Source: Okamejei kenojei (Eukaryota). Taken from it: a DNA stretch of 64,000 nt. Of the stretch, positions 40,201-51,601 are shown in pieces. How positions within the stretch are numbered: the stretch's first letter is position 1; each line of letters starts with the position of its first letter. Under the pieces are notes generated by a model. The model saw only the letters and a list, made by a program, of their open reading frames with translations, was not told the origin of the DNA and made no database searches. A program made the translations under genes and the position numbers. The stretch covers positions 20,770,001 to 20,834,000 of the forward strand of contig CM069157.1 of the NCBI GenBank assembly GCA_035221665.1, read 5' to 3'.

Positions 40201-41463
40201 TTACTGAGCGGTACCCAGGATAGCTTCTGCGAATGTCGCAGGGGCGGCCAGAGGCTTGTTATAGAACCGCTGAAAAGTTTTTTCACTGGCCCAGCCCGCG
40301 GTGGCGAGAATGTGGTCCATGGGCACCTCCATGGCTCTCGCCGCCGATGTGGATGCAGCTCTGGTGGAATGGGACTTAAAAATGTCAGTAGCAATTCCTG
40401 CTGCATCCAGCACCACCCTGAGCCACCTGGCGATGGTCTGTGTAGTCACCCGACAATGCGGAGGTTTATGATTGATGAGGAGTCCCTGTTCCTTCCTCCT
40501 GATAACTCCAGTAATTCGGATGTAGTGGTGGAGATAGGTGACTATGCAGAGTGTGGCATCTACAGGGTACGCCCGAAATTCCAGCTGCAGCCCTTGCGCC
40601 CCTGGCCTGTGCTGTTTTAATAATTCTTTGACAAAGAAATTTATTTGACCAGGGGTGGCCACCATGCTGTCCAGCCGCAGTTTCTGTAACGTCTGGACTC
40701 GTTGGGCTGTCGTCAGTGCCATGAGCATCACCACCTTGAGGGTGAGCTGTTTCAATGGTAGCTCATCTATTGGAGCCCAGCTCCTCAGTAGGGTCAGCAC
40801 GATCCCCACATCCCACGTTACTGCATATCTGGGTAGTGGAGGGTTGGTGTTAAACACTCCCCTCATTAGTTTAGACACCAGGTGGTTGGAGCCGACACCT
40901 ATATCCAGGTATGAATACAGCGCACTCCTGGCGCTGTTGATGGCACTGTAGCTGAGGCCAGCATCGAAATGGAGGCCTGCTAGAAACTCCAACACATCAG
41001 GTATTGTTGCCGAGTTGGAGGACTTGTTGGTCCGGGCACAGAATGCCTCCCACTTTCTGATTTGAGTGAGGTATTGTTTCCGAGTTGATTCTCGGCACGA
41101 TGCAGCGATAAGGTTTATGGCTCTTGACGAGATGCCTGCCTGGATGAGCGGTCTTTTCAGAACCTGCAAGCCAACAAGTTTAAATGACCATGGCAAGGAT
41201 GACTGATCCCCGTAATGGGGTGAGTAATCAATTTGGGATGTTTCCCAATCGCCATCCATGGCTGTTTTTAAATTTTTACAACCATCGGGTACCATGGTTG
41301 TGTAGGCCAGTCGGGAATGATCAATATGCCAGTTGCAGAGTCTAGTTAAATTTTCTGCAACACCCGACTGATGAGGCAGAATGGGGGAAATGCGTAGCAA
41401 AACCATTTCCCCCAATGGATAGAAAACGCATCCATTGCCATTGCCCCAGGGTCTGGTTCCCAT
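40201..41463 (-). CDS. DIRS tyrosine recombinase (phage-integrase family), open frame overlapping the 3' end of pol
   Basis: 420-codon ORF. N-terminal STRKQY..WEAFC..VLEFLA..GLSYSAINSARSAL region, plus catalytic-type residues R (AQRVQTL), K (LLKQ), HxxR (SHSTR), W (AGW) and Y (FQRFY). True start uncertain. Confidence 0.92.
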   Translation of the reverse strand: MGTRPWGNGNGCVFYPLGEMVLLRISPILPHQSGVAENLTRLCNWHIDHSRLAYTTMVPDGCKNLKTAMDGDWETSQIDYSPHYGDQSSLPWSFKLVGLQVLKRPLIQAGISSRAINLIAASCRESTRKQYLTQIRKWEAFCARTNKSSNSATIPDVLEFLAGLHFDAGLSYSAINSARSALYSYLDIGVGSNHLVSKLMRGVFNTNPPLPRYAVTWDVGIVLTLLRSWAPIDELPLKQLTLKVVMLMALTTAQRVQTLQKLRLDSMVATPGQINFFVKELLKQHRPGAQGLQLEFRAYPVDATLCIVTYLHHYIRITGVIRRKEQGLLINHKPPHCRVTTQTIARWLRVVLDAAGIATDIFKSHSTRAASTSAARAMEVPMDHILATAGWASEKTFQRFYNKPLAAPATFAEAILGTAQ

Positions 41464-43257
41464 GACACATACGTTGGTATCTGATGGTTCAACCTGGACG
41501 CAAATAGGTCAATATCTGGTGTCCCAAAGTGAGCTATAATATCTCTAAAAATTTGGGGATTCAACATCCACTCGATGTTGTCATTAAATACTCGTGACCT
41601 GGTGTCCGCCACTATATTAAGCTTCCCAGGCAAATAGGTCGCAGTAATCCAAATGTTTCTTTCAATGCACCAGTGCCAAATTGTATTAGCCAATTCATCA
41701 CAAGATAGCGACCTGATACCACCCATATGATTGATGTAAGCCACCACTGTAGTATTATCTATTTGAAGGCGAACATGTAAATTCTGTGAATTAGTACAGT
41801 AAGCCCGCAGTCCATGAAATGCTCCCAGCATTTCTATATAATTTATCCCGTGTAACTCCAAGAATGTAGACTCATAAGAGTTCCATCTGCCACCACAACT
41901 GGACATCGTATCAGTTGCTCCCCAGCCTTGTGCACTTGCGTCAGTTTGTAGCACAACATCAGGGTTGCTCACTATGATAGGTCTGTGACACTCTCTAATA
42001 TTGTCAACCCACCATTGTAGCTCATCTCTAGCTTCTGGTGGTAGCCGAATTGGCCGATCAAAGTGCCCAGCATTTGTTTTTAATGCTGTGATTTATGATC
42101 TTTGTAAATTTCGGTAGTGTAGCGGTCCGAATCGTGCAGCTGGGAATGTAGCTACCAATTTGCCTATACCTTTTGCCGTTTGCCGAATAGTCGGTACCCT
42201 GGCGCAAGCAAGATTGTGGCACTCTTATAGCAGTAGCTTTATTAGTTGGGATGGTAATCTTCATTAAATTGGTATCTAGGGTGAATCCCAAATAATCCAT
42301 AACCCGTACCGGGTGCAATTTTGATTTGTCTGGATGGATTACGAATCTCAACTTCTCGAACAGAACCTTGGTTGCAGCCACTCCTTGAATTGCCAATTGG
42401 AGGGTCTGACCCACTATAAGGATATCATCCAAATATGCCATTACTATATAATTTTGTTGCCGGAGAAGAGCCAATATAGGTTTTACCAATTTGGTAAATA
42501 GCCTAGGAGCTGTGGTGATTCCATTGGGCAATGCCTTATATTCCCATAATTGACCCTTCCAGACAAACTTCAAAAACTTTCTATGAGCCTCAGCAATGGG
42601 GACCGTATAGTATGCATCTTTCAAATCGATGCATGCCATAAAGTACCCTGGGTAAAGCATCTGCTTAGCTGTTTCAAAAGTATCCATTTTGAAATGGGTG
42701 TATTGTACAAAATTGTTCAATTCAGTTAAGTCTATTATTATGCGACATCCCCCATCTTTTTTAATCCTAGTGAAGATGTTAGACACAAACTCAATTGGTT
42801 CATGCTTGGTTTTGCCAATTACGCCTTTTGCTGCTAGCCGTATAATTTCAGCATGTCCTGCCTGCACCTCTTTTTGGGATAGAGTAAAACTCCTACGAGG
42901 CAAATGCTGAGTAGGGGGATTTATACCTCCAATAAATTCTATAACATATCCTTGAACACTTTGTAAAATAAACTCATCTGTGGTGACAGTTTTCCATATG
43001 TCCAAGAAAGCCCGCAATCGCCCACCTATTCGTGCAGGGGATGCTATGGCGTGAAAAGAACCAGACCCCCTTACCTCCATAGTTAACGGCGGTTCCGTAC
43101 ATACGGTATTTTGAGCGGGCGTTGTGGAGGTTGACGAGCCGGCGGCCACATTTTCCACGCAGGCCGTTGTTGGCCTTGCCCTAAAAAAGGTCATTGTACT
43201 TGTTGGGATGAGGTGGGTAGGATCTTCTGTGCCCTTTCCGGCGGCCGTGTTCTCCAA
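41157..43257 (-). pseudogene. DIRS pol: reverse transcriptase - RNase H - DNA N6-adenine methyltransferase-like domain, disrupted
   Basis: RT motifs IDLKDAYY, LPNGITTAP, YLDDIL, YLG; RNase H TDASAQGWGA..INYIEMLGA..QIDN; MTase IDLFAS..YAFPPF. Frameshift near 42225 and in-frame TAA at 42093-95, 41346-48 and 41268-70. Reading through them gives ..ILIIPDWPTQPWYP..HPCHGHLNLLACRF*. Confidence 0.92.
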
Positions 43258-44890
43258 GATGTAGTAGGCTGTTGCCGGTGATATGGATGAGGTCTGGCCG
43301 GTGGAGGTTTCATGAGGCCCGCTGTTTTGGCCTCCTCATCCAGTTCCTTCACCTGTTTGGATAGATCTCCAAACAACTGATGTGGCAGTGGAGCGGTTGA
43401 TGGTCGGCACAACCCCGCGAATTTGGGGTTGAGTGTGGGCTTTATGGAGCTCTTACGCAGGCAGTTGATCTCATATTGGGCGTTGCATAGGAGTGCCAGT
43501 GCGTCTTGCTGATCGCTCGACACATTATCCCCGTCCAGGGTCCTAGCAAACGCCGTTATGCCCGTGGAGAGAACTTTTAATATACGCTGGAGGCGGACAT
43601 CCTGCATCCTGGTGGTCGCACTCAAGTGTCCCCAGATCTGGGCGTTAACCAAGGGCACACTGAGGTTGATGCAGTTTTCGGGCGGTTTTATTTTTTCCAA
43701 GGTATCATTGAGAACCTGACTCTGAAGTTGGTGCGTAGTCAGGTAATCAATGGTGCCCGCCAATTTGTGGTGCAGAGGTTCACCTGTCTGGGTGGTAGCG
43801 GCAAACTTTTTCAGCATATCCTCCTCATTTCCAGCATATCCTCCTCATGCTCTGGCTCAGCGGTTACTGGCTGCCCCGGGTCGTCTTCAAACTCAGCAGC
43901 TGGACAATCCCTCATGCTTCTGGCTGGAGACGATGAGATGCTGAGTGGGGTCCTCGCACTGCTGGTAGATGCCCGCGAGCCCCGCTCTTCTCGATCCCGG
44001 TCCCGCTGGAGGAGTTGCTCCACTAAGAGCTCCAACCGCTCAATGCGACCGTCCCCGCTATATGCAGCGGACAAGCCGACTTCCCCAGGCCCTGCGAACT
44101 CACTGGGGCTTCCACCATCGGACAACACCTCCATAAGGTGCTGTCTAGGGTCCAATGGTAGGTTGTCGTGACCTACCGCCCAAGTAGGATCATACGACTC
44201 CCGCACGGACTCTCCGCTAGTCTGTCTTCTCCCAGACTGTGGCGGCCCACCTGTTTGATAAGAAGGCTGGTGAGTTGAATCGGCGCCGGCCCCCGGAACC
44301 TGGCACCCCGGAGTCCGTGCAGGCTTACCTCCACACTTGCCCATCTTTTGGCGTGGAGGCGCATGGTCGGCCGCTCCCAGAGCTGAGCTGACCGACCGCT
44401 TCCTGCTGCCACCTCCGCCCTTGACCGCAGCCTGACGGGGTGTGTTGTCGGCGGTATCTGCTCCAGCAGGCCTACTCGACGCAGCAGTGATGTTGCCAGA
44501 CTGCACTATGGCAGATCTCCCTCGCTGTGGTACGTTAATGCACTTTGCAGGGCTCCCCTGTCGTGCGGCTGTCCCCCGGCCCAGCCGCCTCGGGTCTTCT
44601 GGAGCTCGGGGAGGGGTTGCTTGTACAAAGCGAGACCCCTTGCCACGTACCTGTTTCCCCCCTCTTTTCTTGGGGGAAGGGGGCTCGAAGTCTGGATCCG
44701 ATGCGTCCAGCTCCAGAGCGGTAAACCATTCAGGTGAGTCGGCCCCTGAATCAGCGGGAGCGCCCGACTTCCGCATTCCTGCCCCCACACGCCTCGAAGC
44801 TGCTGGTGTTGCTTGCAGCTGCGGAGACAAGGGTCGTTGGCTGGTCGAAGCTCGACTTTTCGACAGCGCCTTTCTCTTGCCCTTGTCCAT
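43191..44890 (-). pseudogene. DIRS ORF1 (gag-like) split by a 20-bp tandem duplication
   Basis: ORFs 43811-44890 and 43191-43817 join in frame if one copy of the duplication (43809-43828 / 43829-43848) is removed. C-terminal part has DIRS-gag-like PENC..VPLVNAQIW..DVRLQRI..LFGDL. Confidence 0.85.
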
Positions 44891-45053
44891 CCTGTAGGGT
44901 AAAGATAATACTCACCTGCCGGTCTTTTATGAAGGAGCCGAAGGAGAGAGCGCACTCCCCCCCCCAGCCTGCCGATGCAAATGTGCACGACGATATGCCG
45001 CGCATGCGTGCTGGCGGGGTCTTCACGAAGTCACTCACGTGACTCCGAAGTAA

Positions 45054-45346
45054 GATTTAATTTAATTTAGTTTAGAGATACAGCCCAAAAACAGGCCCTT
45101 GGCCCACCAAGTCCGCGTCGACCAGCAATCCCCGCACACTAACATTATCCTTCACACACTAGAGACAAATTACCAATTTTACCAAGCCAGTTAGCCTACA
45201 AACCTGTCTTTGGAGTGTGGGAGGAAACTGGAGATCCTGGAGAAAACCCATGCGGGTCAGGTGGAGAACGTACAAACTCCGTACAGACAGCACCCGTAGT
45301 CAAGATTGAACCAGAGTCTCTGGCACTGTAAGGCAACCATGCCGCC
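45054..45346 (-). mobile_element. V-SINE whose (TTTAG/TTTAA)n tail abuts the DIRS terminus
   Basis: gatttaatttaatttagtttagagatacagc.. follows directly after the DIRS end. Confidence 0.85.
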
Positions 45347-47074
45347 CTTCCTTCACTCTGTAAAAGTTCAATCAGAGTGTCGCCTGCCTTGAAGCTGGAG
45401 TCTCTGAGACTATATATGACATTCTGCCGCAGCAGCCGCTAAACCCAAGCAATACCAGGTCAAACTAACAAGGCACAATCCCTACTCCGTCCGGCTGAAT
45501 GAAACCACGAAGGAACACGGTGTGCGATTTTTATATAGAGCCAGAAACCTTCTCTTTTGTCCGGATCTTCTCCTCACTTCTTTCTTAACCTCAAGAGATA
45601 ACGTCGGCACATTAAATGCGTACGGATGTTTCCTTCAAAACTAAAATCCTTCCACAGAAAATGTTGCACTAAGAAGGTAAAACAGCTTCTGTGAAAAGAA
45701 ACACAGTGACCTATTCTTCAGAAGAGTGTCTGACCTGAAATGTTCACATAGTTCATATTGTTTCTCCCTCCACAGATGCTGCCTGACTTGCTGAGTGTTT
45801 CCAGCATATTCTGCATTTAAGATTTTCAGCCTCTTTCATGTTTTGGTTGTTGGATAATTCTTTGATGGTTTTTCATCTTAGCAAAGAGCATGACTTAATA
45901 TCTTCCACAGATAAAATTACTGGAAAGATAATTTTTACCACAATCTGATATACTTTTAATCTGCAGGCAGTGAAAAATGGACATTGTACTCAGAGGTACG
46001 ATGCCAAAAGTGGTCCAAACTTGCATTGCTTTCAGACTGACTTCATTGATATTCTCCTTACAATTCCAAAGATACACCAAGGAACAGGAAACTGCATTGG
46101 CCAAGAAAATTATTCATTATCATAGGAAGGTTCTGAAAACTCTCCCACAAGCAGAATGATTTATTCCACAGGACTATCTCTGATCCCTTAAAGACTGAAT
46201 GAGCAAGATAAGACAAGGCACTGCAAGTTAGCCAAACAATAGATCTCTTTGAAAACCCTTCCATTCTAGTCAGCTAATACCCTGAACAAACAGAATAAAA
46301 TGGGAAGTGCAGTATTCTGTATCATTAAGCAGGTTTATAATCAGACCACTTACAATGATTATAATTCTACTGGGAAAGACAAGTGTGTTATCTGAAGAGA
46401 AACCAGTTCAAAGTTTTGAAGTAAAATGGCTCTTTAATTCTCACTGCTTTCTTTTTGGTTTTTGATTGTAGTTTCCCATGTACAGTATCTACCATAACGT
46501 TTGCTATCTAGACACTGCAGCTGGCTTTGGACTCCCCGTGGAACTAAACAGCATAAGTTGTTGAAATTTCCTAGCATGTATATTAGAGAAACCAATTTGA
46601 GGATCTTCACAAAATTAGTGGGGCTCTTGTCCTCCCAGAGCCCTCTCAAGCAGCATCCTGTTGGGAACAAAGCAACTTCCTGCGAGAAGTGCCTGAAGGC
46701 TGGAGGGTCTCCATAGTCCCCTCAGACAAAGGACACCACTGGCAAGCCGAGTGCACTCTTCTGCCAGCTCCCATTCTGTCTCATTTCAGTGTCTGCTATC
46801 CTGTAGTTGGAGGAGTGCTGGGTGTTTTATTGCATGCCTCTTTAAGATGGCGGCATAGCTTCCATTGACTAGACTAAATGCCAGTAGCTGTGAGAAGTTG
46901 CAATAGATCAATAGAATAAAACAGCAGGGCTTCACACGAGGAAGCCTGACAATGATGTTTCTTGAACCTTACCTGTGAACCTTTGAATTCACAGACTTCA
47001 GTCTTTATGGAACTTATACAAACAGAATTGGGGAAGGCTATTTATGACTTCAGGCCCCATGTGTTTGAAACTTA

Positions 47075-47480
47075 AGCTCCTGTCCCACTTAGGAAACCTG
47101 AACGGAAACCTCTGGAGACCTTGCGCCCTACCCAAGGTTTCCATGAGTCGCCAGAGGTTTTGGTCACTCACCTGGAAAGCCTCGACCAAAGCGTGAGCTG
47201 CATCTACTGACCAAAGATCCTACAAGTCAGGATCTTTGCTACCGACCGCACACACACACACAAACACATCGCGAAGGTGGGGGCCAGGGACACTGGAGGA
47301 GCGTTGTCTGCATGATGAAGAGGAAGATAAACGGCTGCCACAGAGCACGGTAAGTCCTTTAGAGAGCGTGGGAGGGAGGGAGAGAAGGGGAAAGAAGGGG
47401 AGAGAAGGACAGAGAAGAGGGAGGGGGGGAGAAGGAGTGGAGACAGTTTTAAGAAGTTTAAATAAAGGTTAGCTTTAGCT
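47075..47480. mobile_element. Truncated relative of the 13.6 kb MITE (one TIR, different interior)
   Basis: tta-AGCTCCTGTCCCACTTAGGAAACCTGAACGGAAACCTCTGGAGA matches the 13626 terminus. No right TIR seen. Confidence 0.7.
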
Positions 47481-47599
47481 ACTGTTTGACATGGCCCAGA
47501 ATGCCACTTCGTTGAAAGGGAAGACGGTAAAGTAGGTCAACACAAGAATTAGCCTCGGGGCAAAAATCAGAGAGAGTAAAGTTAATCCAAGACCAATGA

Positions 47600-48890
47600 A
47601 TGGGCAAAATCCCCCTCATGACGAACAGATTACTGGGGAGAAGGTGCTCGAGAAGCTGAAAGGGCTGAAGGTGGATAAGTCACGTGGACCAGATGGACTG
47701 CACCCTAAGGTTCAGAAAGAGGTAACTTTAGAGATTGTGGAGGCGTTGATAGTGATATTTCAGGAGACGATAGAGTCAGGAGTGGTCCCAGATGATTGGA
47801 AAATTGCCAATATTACCTTGCTGCACAAAAAGGGAGCAAGGCAGAATAGTGGGAACTATAGGTCTGACTTCAGTGGTTGGTAAGATTTTAGAGTTTCTGG
47901 TTGGCTGCCAGTGACTAGTGGAGTTCCGCAAGGGCTGGTGTTGGGGCCGCTACTCTTCACGTTGTATATTAATGATTTGGACGTGGGGATTGAAGGCTTT
48001 GTGGCAACGTTTGCAGATGCTACGAAAATAGATGGAGGGGCAGGTTGTGTGGAGAAAGCAGGGACTCTGCAGAAGGACTTGGACAGGTTGAGAGAATGGG
48101 CAGAGAAGTGGCAGATGGAATATAGTGTAGCAAAGTGTGGAGTCGTGCATGTTGGTAATAGGAATAAAGGCGTAGACCATTTTCTAAATGGGGTGAGAAT
48201 CCAGAAATTGGAGGTGCAATGGTTCTTGGGAGTGCAATCTGCAAGTCGAATCGGTAGTAAAAAAAAAGCAAACTCAATGATAGCATTTATTTCAAGAGGA
48301 CTTGTATACAAAAACAGGGATGTAATGTTGAAGCTCTATAAGGTGCTGGTAAGACCACATTTGGAATATTGTGAGCACTTTTGAGCACCATATTGAGGAA
48401 GGATGTGCTGGCTCTGGAGAGGGTCCAGAGGAGGTTTACAAGAATTATCCCAGGACTGAGTAGGTTAACCTATAATGAGTGTTTGTTGGCACTGGGCCTG
48501 TACTTGCTGGAGTTTAGAATGAGGGGGGACATCATTGAATCTTACTGAATAGTGAAAGGCTTGGATAGAGTGGATGTGAAGAGGATGTTTTCACTAGTGG
48601 AAGAGTCTAGGACTAGAGGTCATAGCCTCTGAATTAAAGGACTTTCTTTTAGGTAGGAGATGAGGAGAAATGTCTTTAGTCAGAGGGTGGTGAATCTGTG
48701 GAATTCATTGCCAAGTCAGTGGATATTTTTAAGGCAGAGATAGATTCTTGATTAGGTGTCAGAGGTTATGGGGAGAAGGCAGGAGAATGGGGTTAGGAGG
48801 GAGAGATAGATCAGCCATGATTGAATGGCGGAGTAGACTTGATGGGCCGAATGGCCAAATTCTACTCCTATTCTTACGACCTTATGAGAT
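47600..48890 (+). mobile_element. CR1 LINE RT-3' region with an internal deletion near 47895
   Basis: KSRGPDGLHP..DWKIANIT.L.KKG..GNYR; SGVPQGLVLGPLLF.LYINDL..FADATK; LVRPHLEYC; 3' tail. Confidence 0.93.
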
Positions 48891-51601
48891 TATGAGATCG
48901 CGAAGAACAGCAGGCTGGTGTCCGAACTGGCAAACTACCCCACAGGCCCGGTAAATGACAATCAAACCTTGCCAGTAACAAGTCGGAGCCCTCCATTTAC
49001 AGTCCCCGGTATGTCAAGTCTCTTTAGCGGGCCAGACCCACCTCAAAAGCGGTACAGGTTCAGACGGGGGGGGGGGGGGGAATGTAGAATTGGGTGTCCT
49101 CAACATTGTCATCAGACCCCAATTAAATCTCGTAATAACTACGATAGGGTAACCTCTTACTTATTATCAACTATCATGACCTCTCATCTGAATAATCAGT
49201 GTTGGACATTATATGGAAGGAATGCTTTATTTTGGGCAGAGGACTTGAAAAGGACTGCAATGCGCTTTTTATTTGTTACCACACTAATTATCTGTTCAAC
49301 AATTTCAGATATCAAGTCTTCAGATATCAGCATTTCAAAGTCTGTCCCATGCCCCTCCACTCTTGTGGCCTTCATCCGCGCCCCCCCCCCCCCCCCCCCC
49401 CCCACCTATAATCAGTCTAATGCCCAACCCAAAACATCACCAATTCATGTTGTCCAGGGATGCTGCCTGAAGCCGCTGAGTTACTGCAGGACTTTGTATC
49501 TCTTTTTTTTTAATTGTAAACCAGCATCCGCAGTTCCACATCAAAGTTTAATGCTAACTCCAGCTGGCCCACTCAGTGTTTTCAACTTCACGTTTTACTT
49601 CACACTTTCTCCGATTGCAGTGTTTTGAAACTCACAGATCCAGTTTTCTTTCCTGCCGTCTGTCCTAATTCACCACATCTTATGTCGCTGTCCTTGCCCT
49701 GTCCACGGCACAGAATGGCTGCCTCACAGCTCTAGCGACTCAGGTTCAATCCCGACCAACAGCTCTGCCTGTCTGTGCGGAGTTTTCCCGCTCCTCCTGT
49801 GATTGCATGCGTTCCCTCTGGGTGCTCCTGGTTCCTCCCACAGCACAAAACAAAACATGCGGTTAGGAGATTAATTGGCTGGTGCATATTGCCCCGAGTG
49901 TGTCAGTGATCGATCACATCTGAGGGTGTGTTGATAGGATGGTGCGCAAATAAAATGTGTTTGGGGCTGGATTAATGTAAATGGATGCTTGATGTTTTGT
50001 GGTTATCAGTAAGTGCATTGATAACCATAAACAATCAAAACCACTCTCTCATTTTTCATTAACTTGATGGGCCAAAGGTATGACTTGATCTCCTTCTATG
50101 TGGATCTTCTCCAAACAGATCAGTGGTGACCTAGAAGCCTTCATCATCCCGTCTGAATTGACACCACAACCACAGTCTGCCTTTCTCCCCATCCTACCAC
50201 AGGCGTTCCCTTTGTTCTTTCCAGCCCTGCCCCCCTGCAACTTAAAACATATTTGATTTAAAACATTTCTCAGATCTGAGGAAAAGTCAACGTTAACTCT
50301 GCTTTTTTTAAATCTCTCCCCAGATACTGCCTGACCTGCATAACATTTCAAACAATGTCTGCTTTTATTTCACGTTTCATATTTGCTGTTTTTTCTCTGT
50401 TTCAACAAGTAAACTTTGCCATATTTGCAAACATCAAGTCAAACGTCATGACTTATTTGTGAACTTTCAGCAAACCCTGGGGAATGTTACAGCTTTCATT
50501 TAGTGTTTTGCTGGAGAGAGGCAGGATTTAATTATTGTGATAATTCATTAGATCTCCATGTACTACTTTTAAATTTAAAGACATGTTCTTACATTTCCCA
50601 GAATATCAGGAGGAGGATTTTTTTCTAACAAAAATGGCAAAATTCCTGCTTCATACAATGCAGAATGAGACTATTCTGCCCATTGGGTCCATACTAGCTC
50701 CTTGCAACCCCATCAGCCTATTTTCCATTCACTCCTTGTTTCCCTACCAGTTACACTCATTCATATACCTATCAACTGCACTTGACTATTGGATCACCAA
50801 GATGGAATTTCTTGTAGCCACTTAAGCTTAATTTAGATTTAGTTTAGAGATACAGCATGAAACCAGGCCCTTCGGCTCACCGAGTCCGTGCCGACCAGCG
50901 ATCCCCGCACACTAACACTATCCTACACACACTAGGGACAACTTACATTAATACCAAGCCAGTTAACCTACAAACCTGCACGTCTTTGGAGTGTGGCAGA
51001 AAACCCAAAGGTCTTGGAGAAAACCCACTCGGAGACTGATCTCGCAGTCACGGGGAGAACACACAAACTCCGTGCAGACAGCACCCATAGTCAGGATTGA
51101 ACATGACTGTAAAAGTTCCACGCAGATTCTACTCAAGGTCAGGACCAGAGCATTGCATAGTACTGTACATTGCAGATTTCTGAACTTTTTGGTGCTGACA
51201 CAATTCAACAGGTTGTAACCATTCAACAAGGTTGTAACAAACAGTGGCCAAATTCTGAATAGCTGAGTAGATATTCAAGGTCATTAGCTTTTCTTAAAAC
51301 TTATCTGCTGAAGAGTCAAACACATTTAGGTTTTGGGTTATTATTGTCAAGTGACCGAGACACAGTGAGAAGCTTTTTATACAGGTGATTTAACCAAATC
51401 AGATATGACTATACATGAATACGAGAGGGCCAAACTCAAGCACAATAGGTAGAGTGATATAGAGTGCACGATAAAGTTTTCAGCATTGTAACGCTTTAAC
51501 TCCATGGACAAAGTTCAATGTTCGCAATGAGGTAGACGAGAATTGGACTGTGCCCTAGCTTATGGAAGGACTGTTCAGAGGCCTAATAACAGAGAGGAAG
51601 A

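Larger units (their letters stand above)
39717..45053 (-). mobile_element. Full-length DIRS1-like tyrosine-recombinase retrotransposon
   Basis: Order gag / RT-RNaseH-MTase / YR on the minus strand. 35-bp perfect ITR core (39791-39825 vs 44995-45029), extending imperfectly to ~54 bp. ICR at 39943-40035 is complementary to both termini. No conventional TSD. Confidence 0.96.

Noticed and set aside
43805-43812. T-run suspected as a sequencing-error or programmed frameshift in gag
   Set aside because: The adjacent 20-bp tandem duplication fully explains the frame break.
43626-45042. Multiple plus-strand ORFs over the DIRS gag region
   Set aside because: Antisense frames in GC-rich sequence; no motifs.
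48918-49628. 236-aa ORF; likewise 54952-55515, 36196-36606 and 19226-19663
   Set aside because: They run through homopolymers or repeat fragments, or show no domain similarity; probably chance ORFs.
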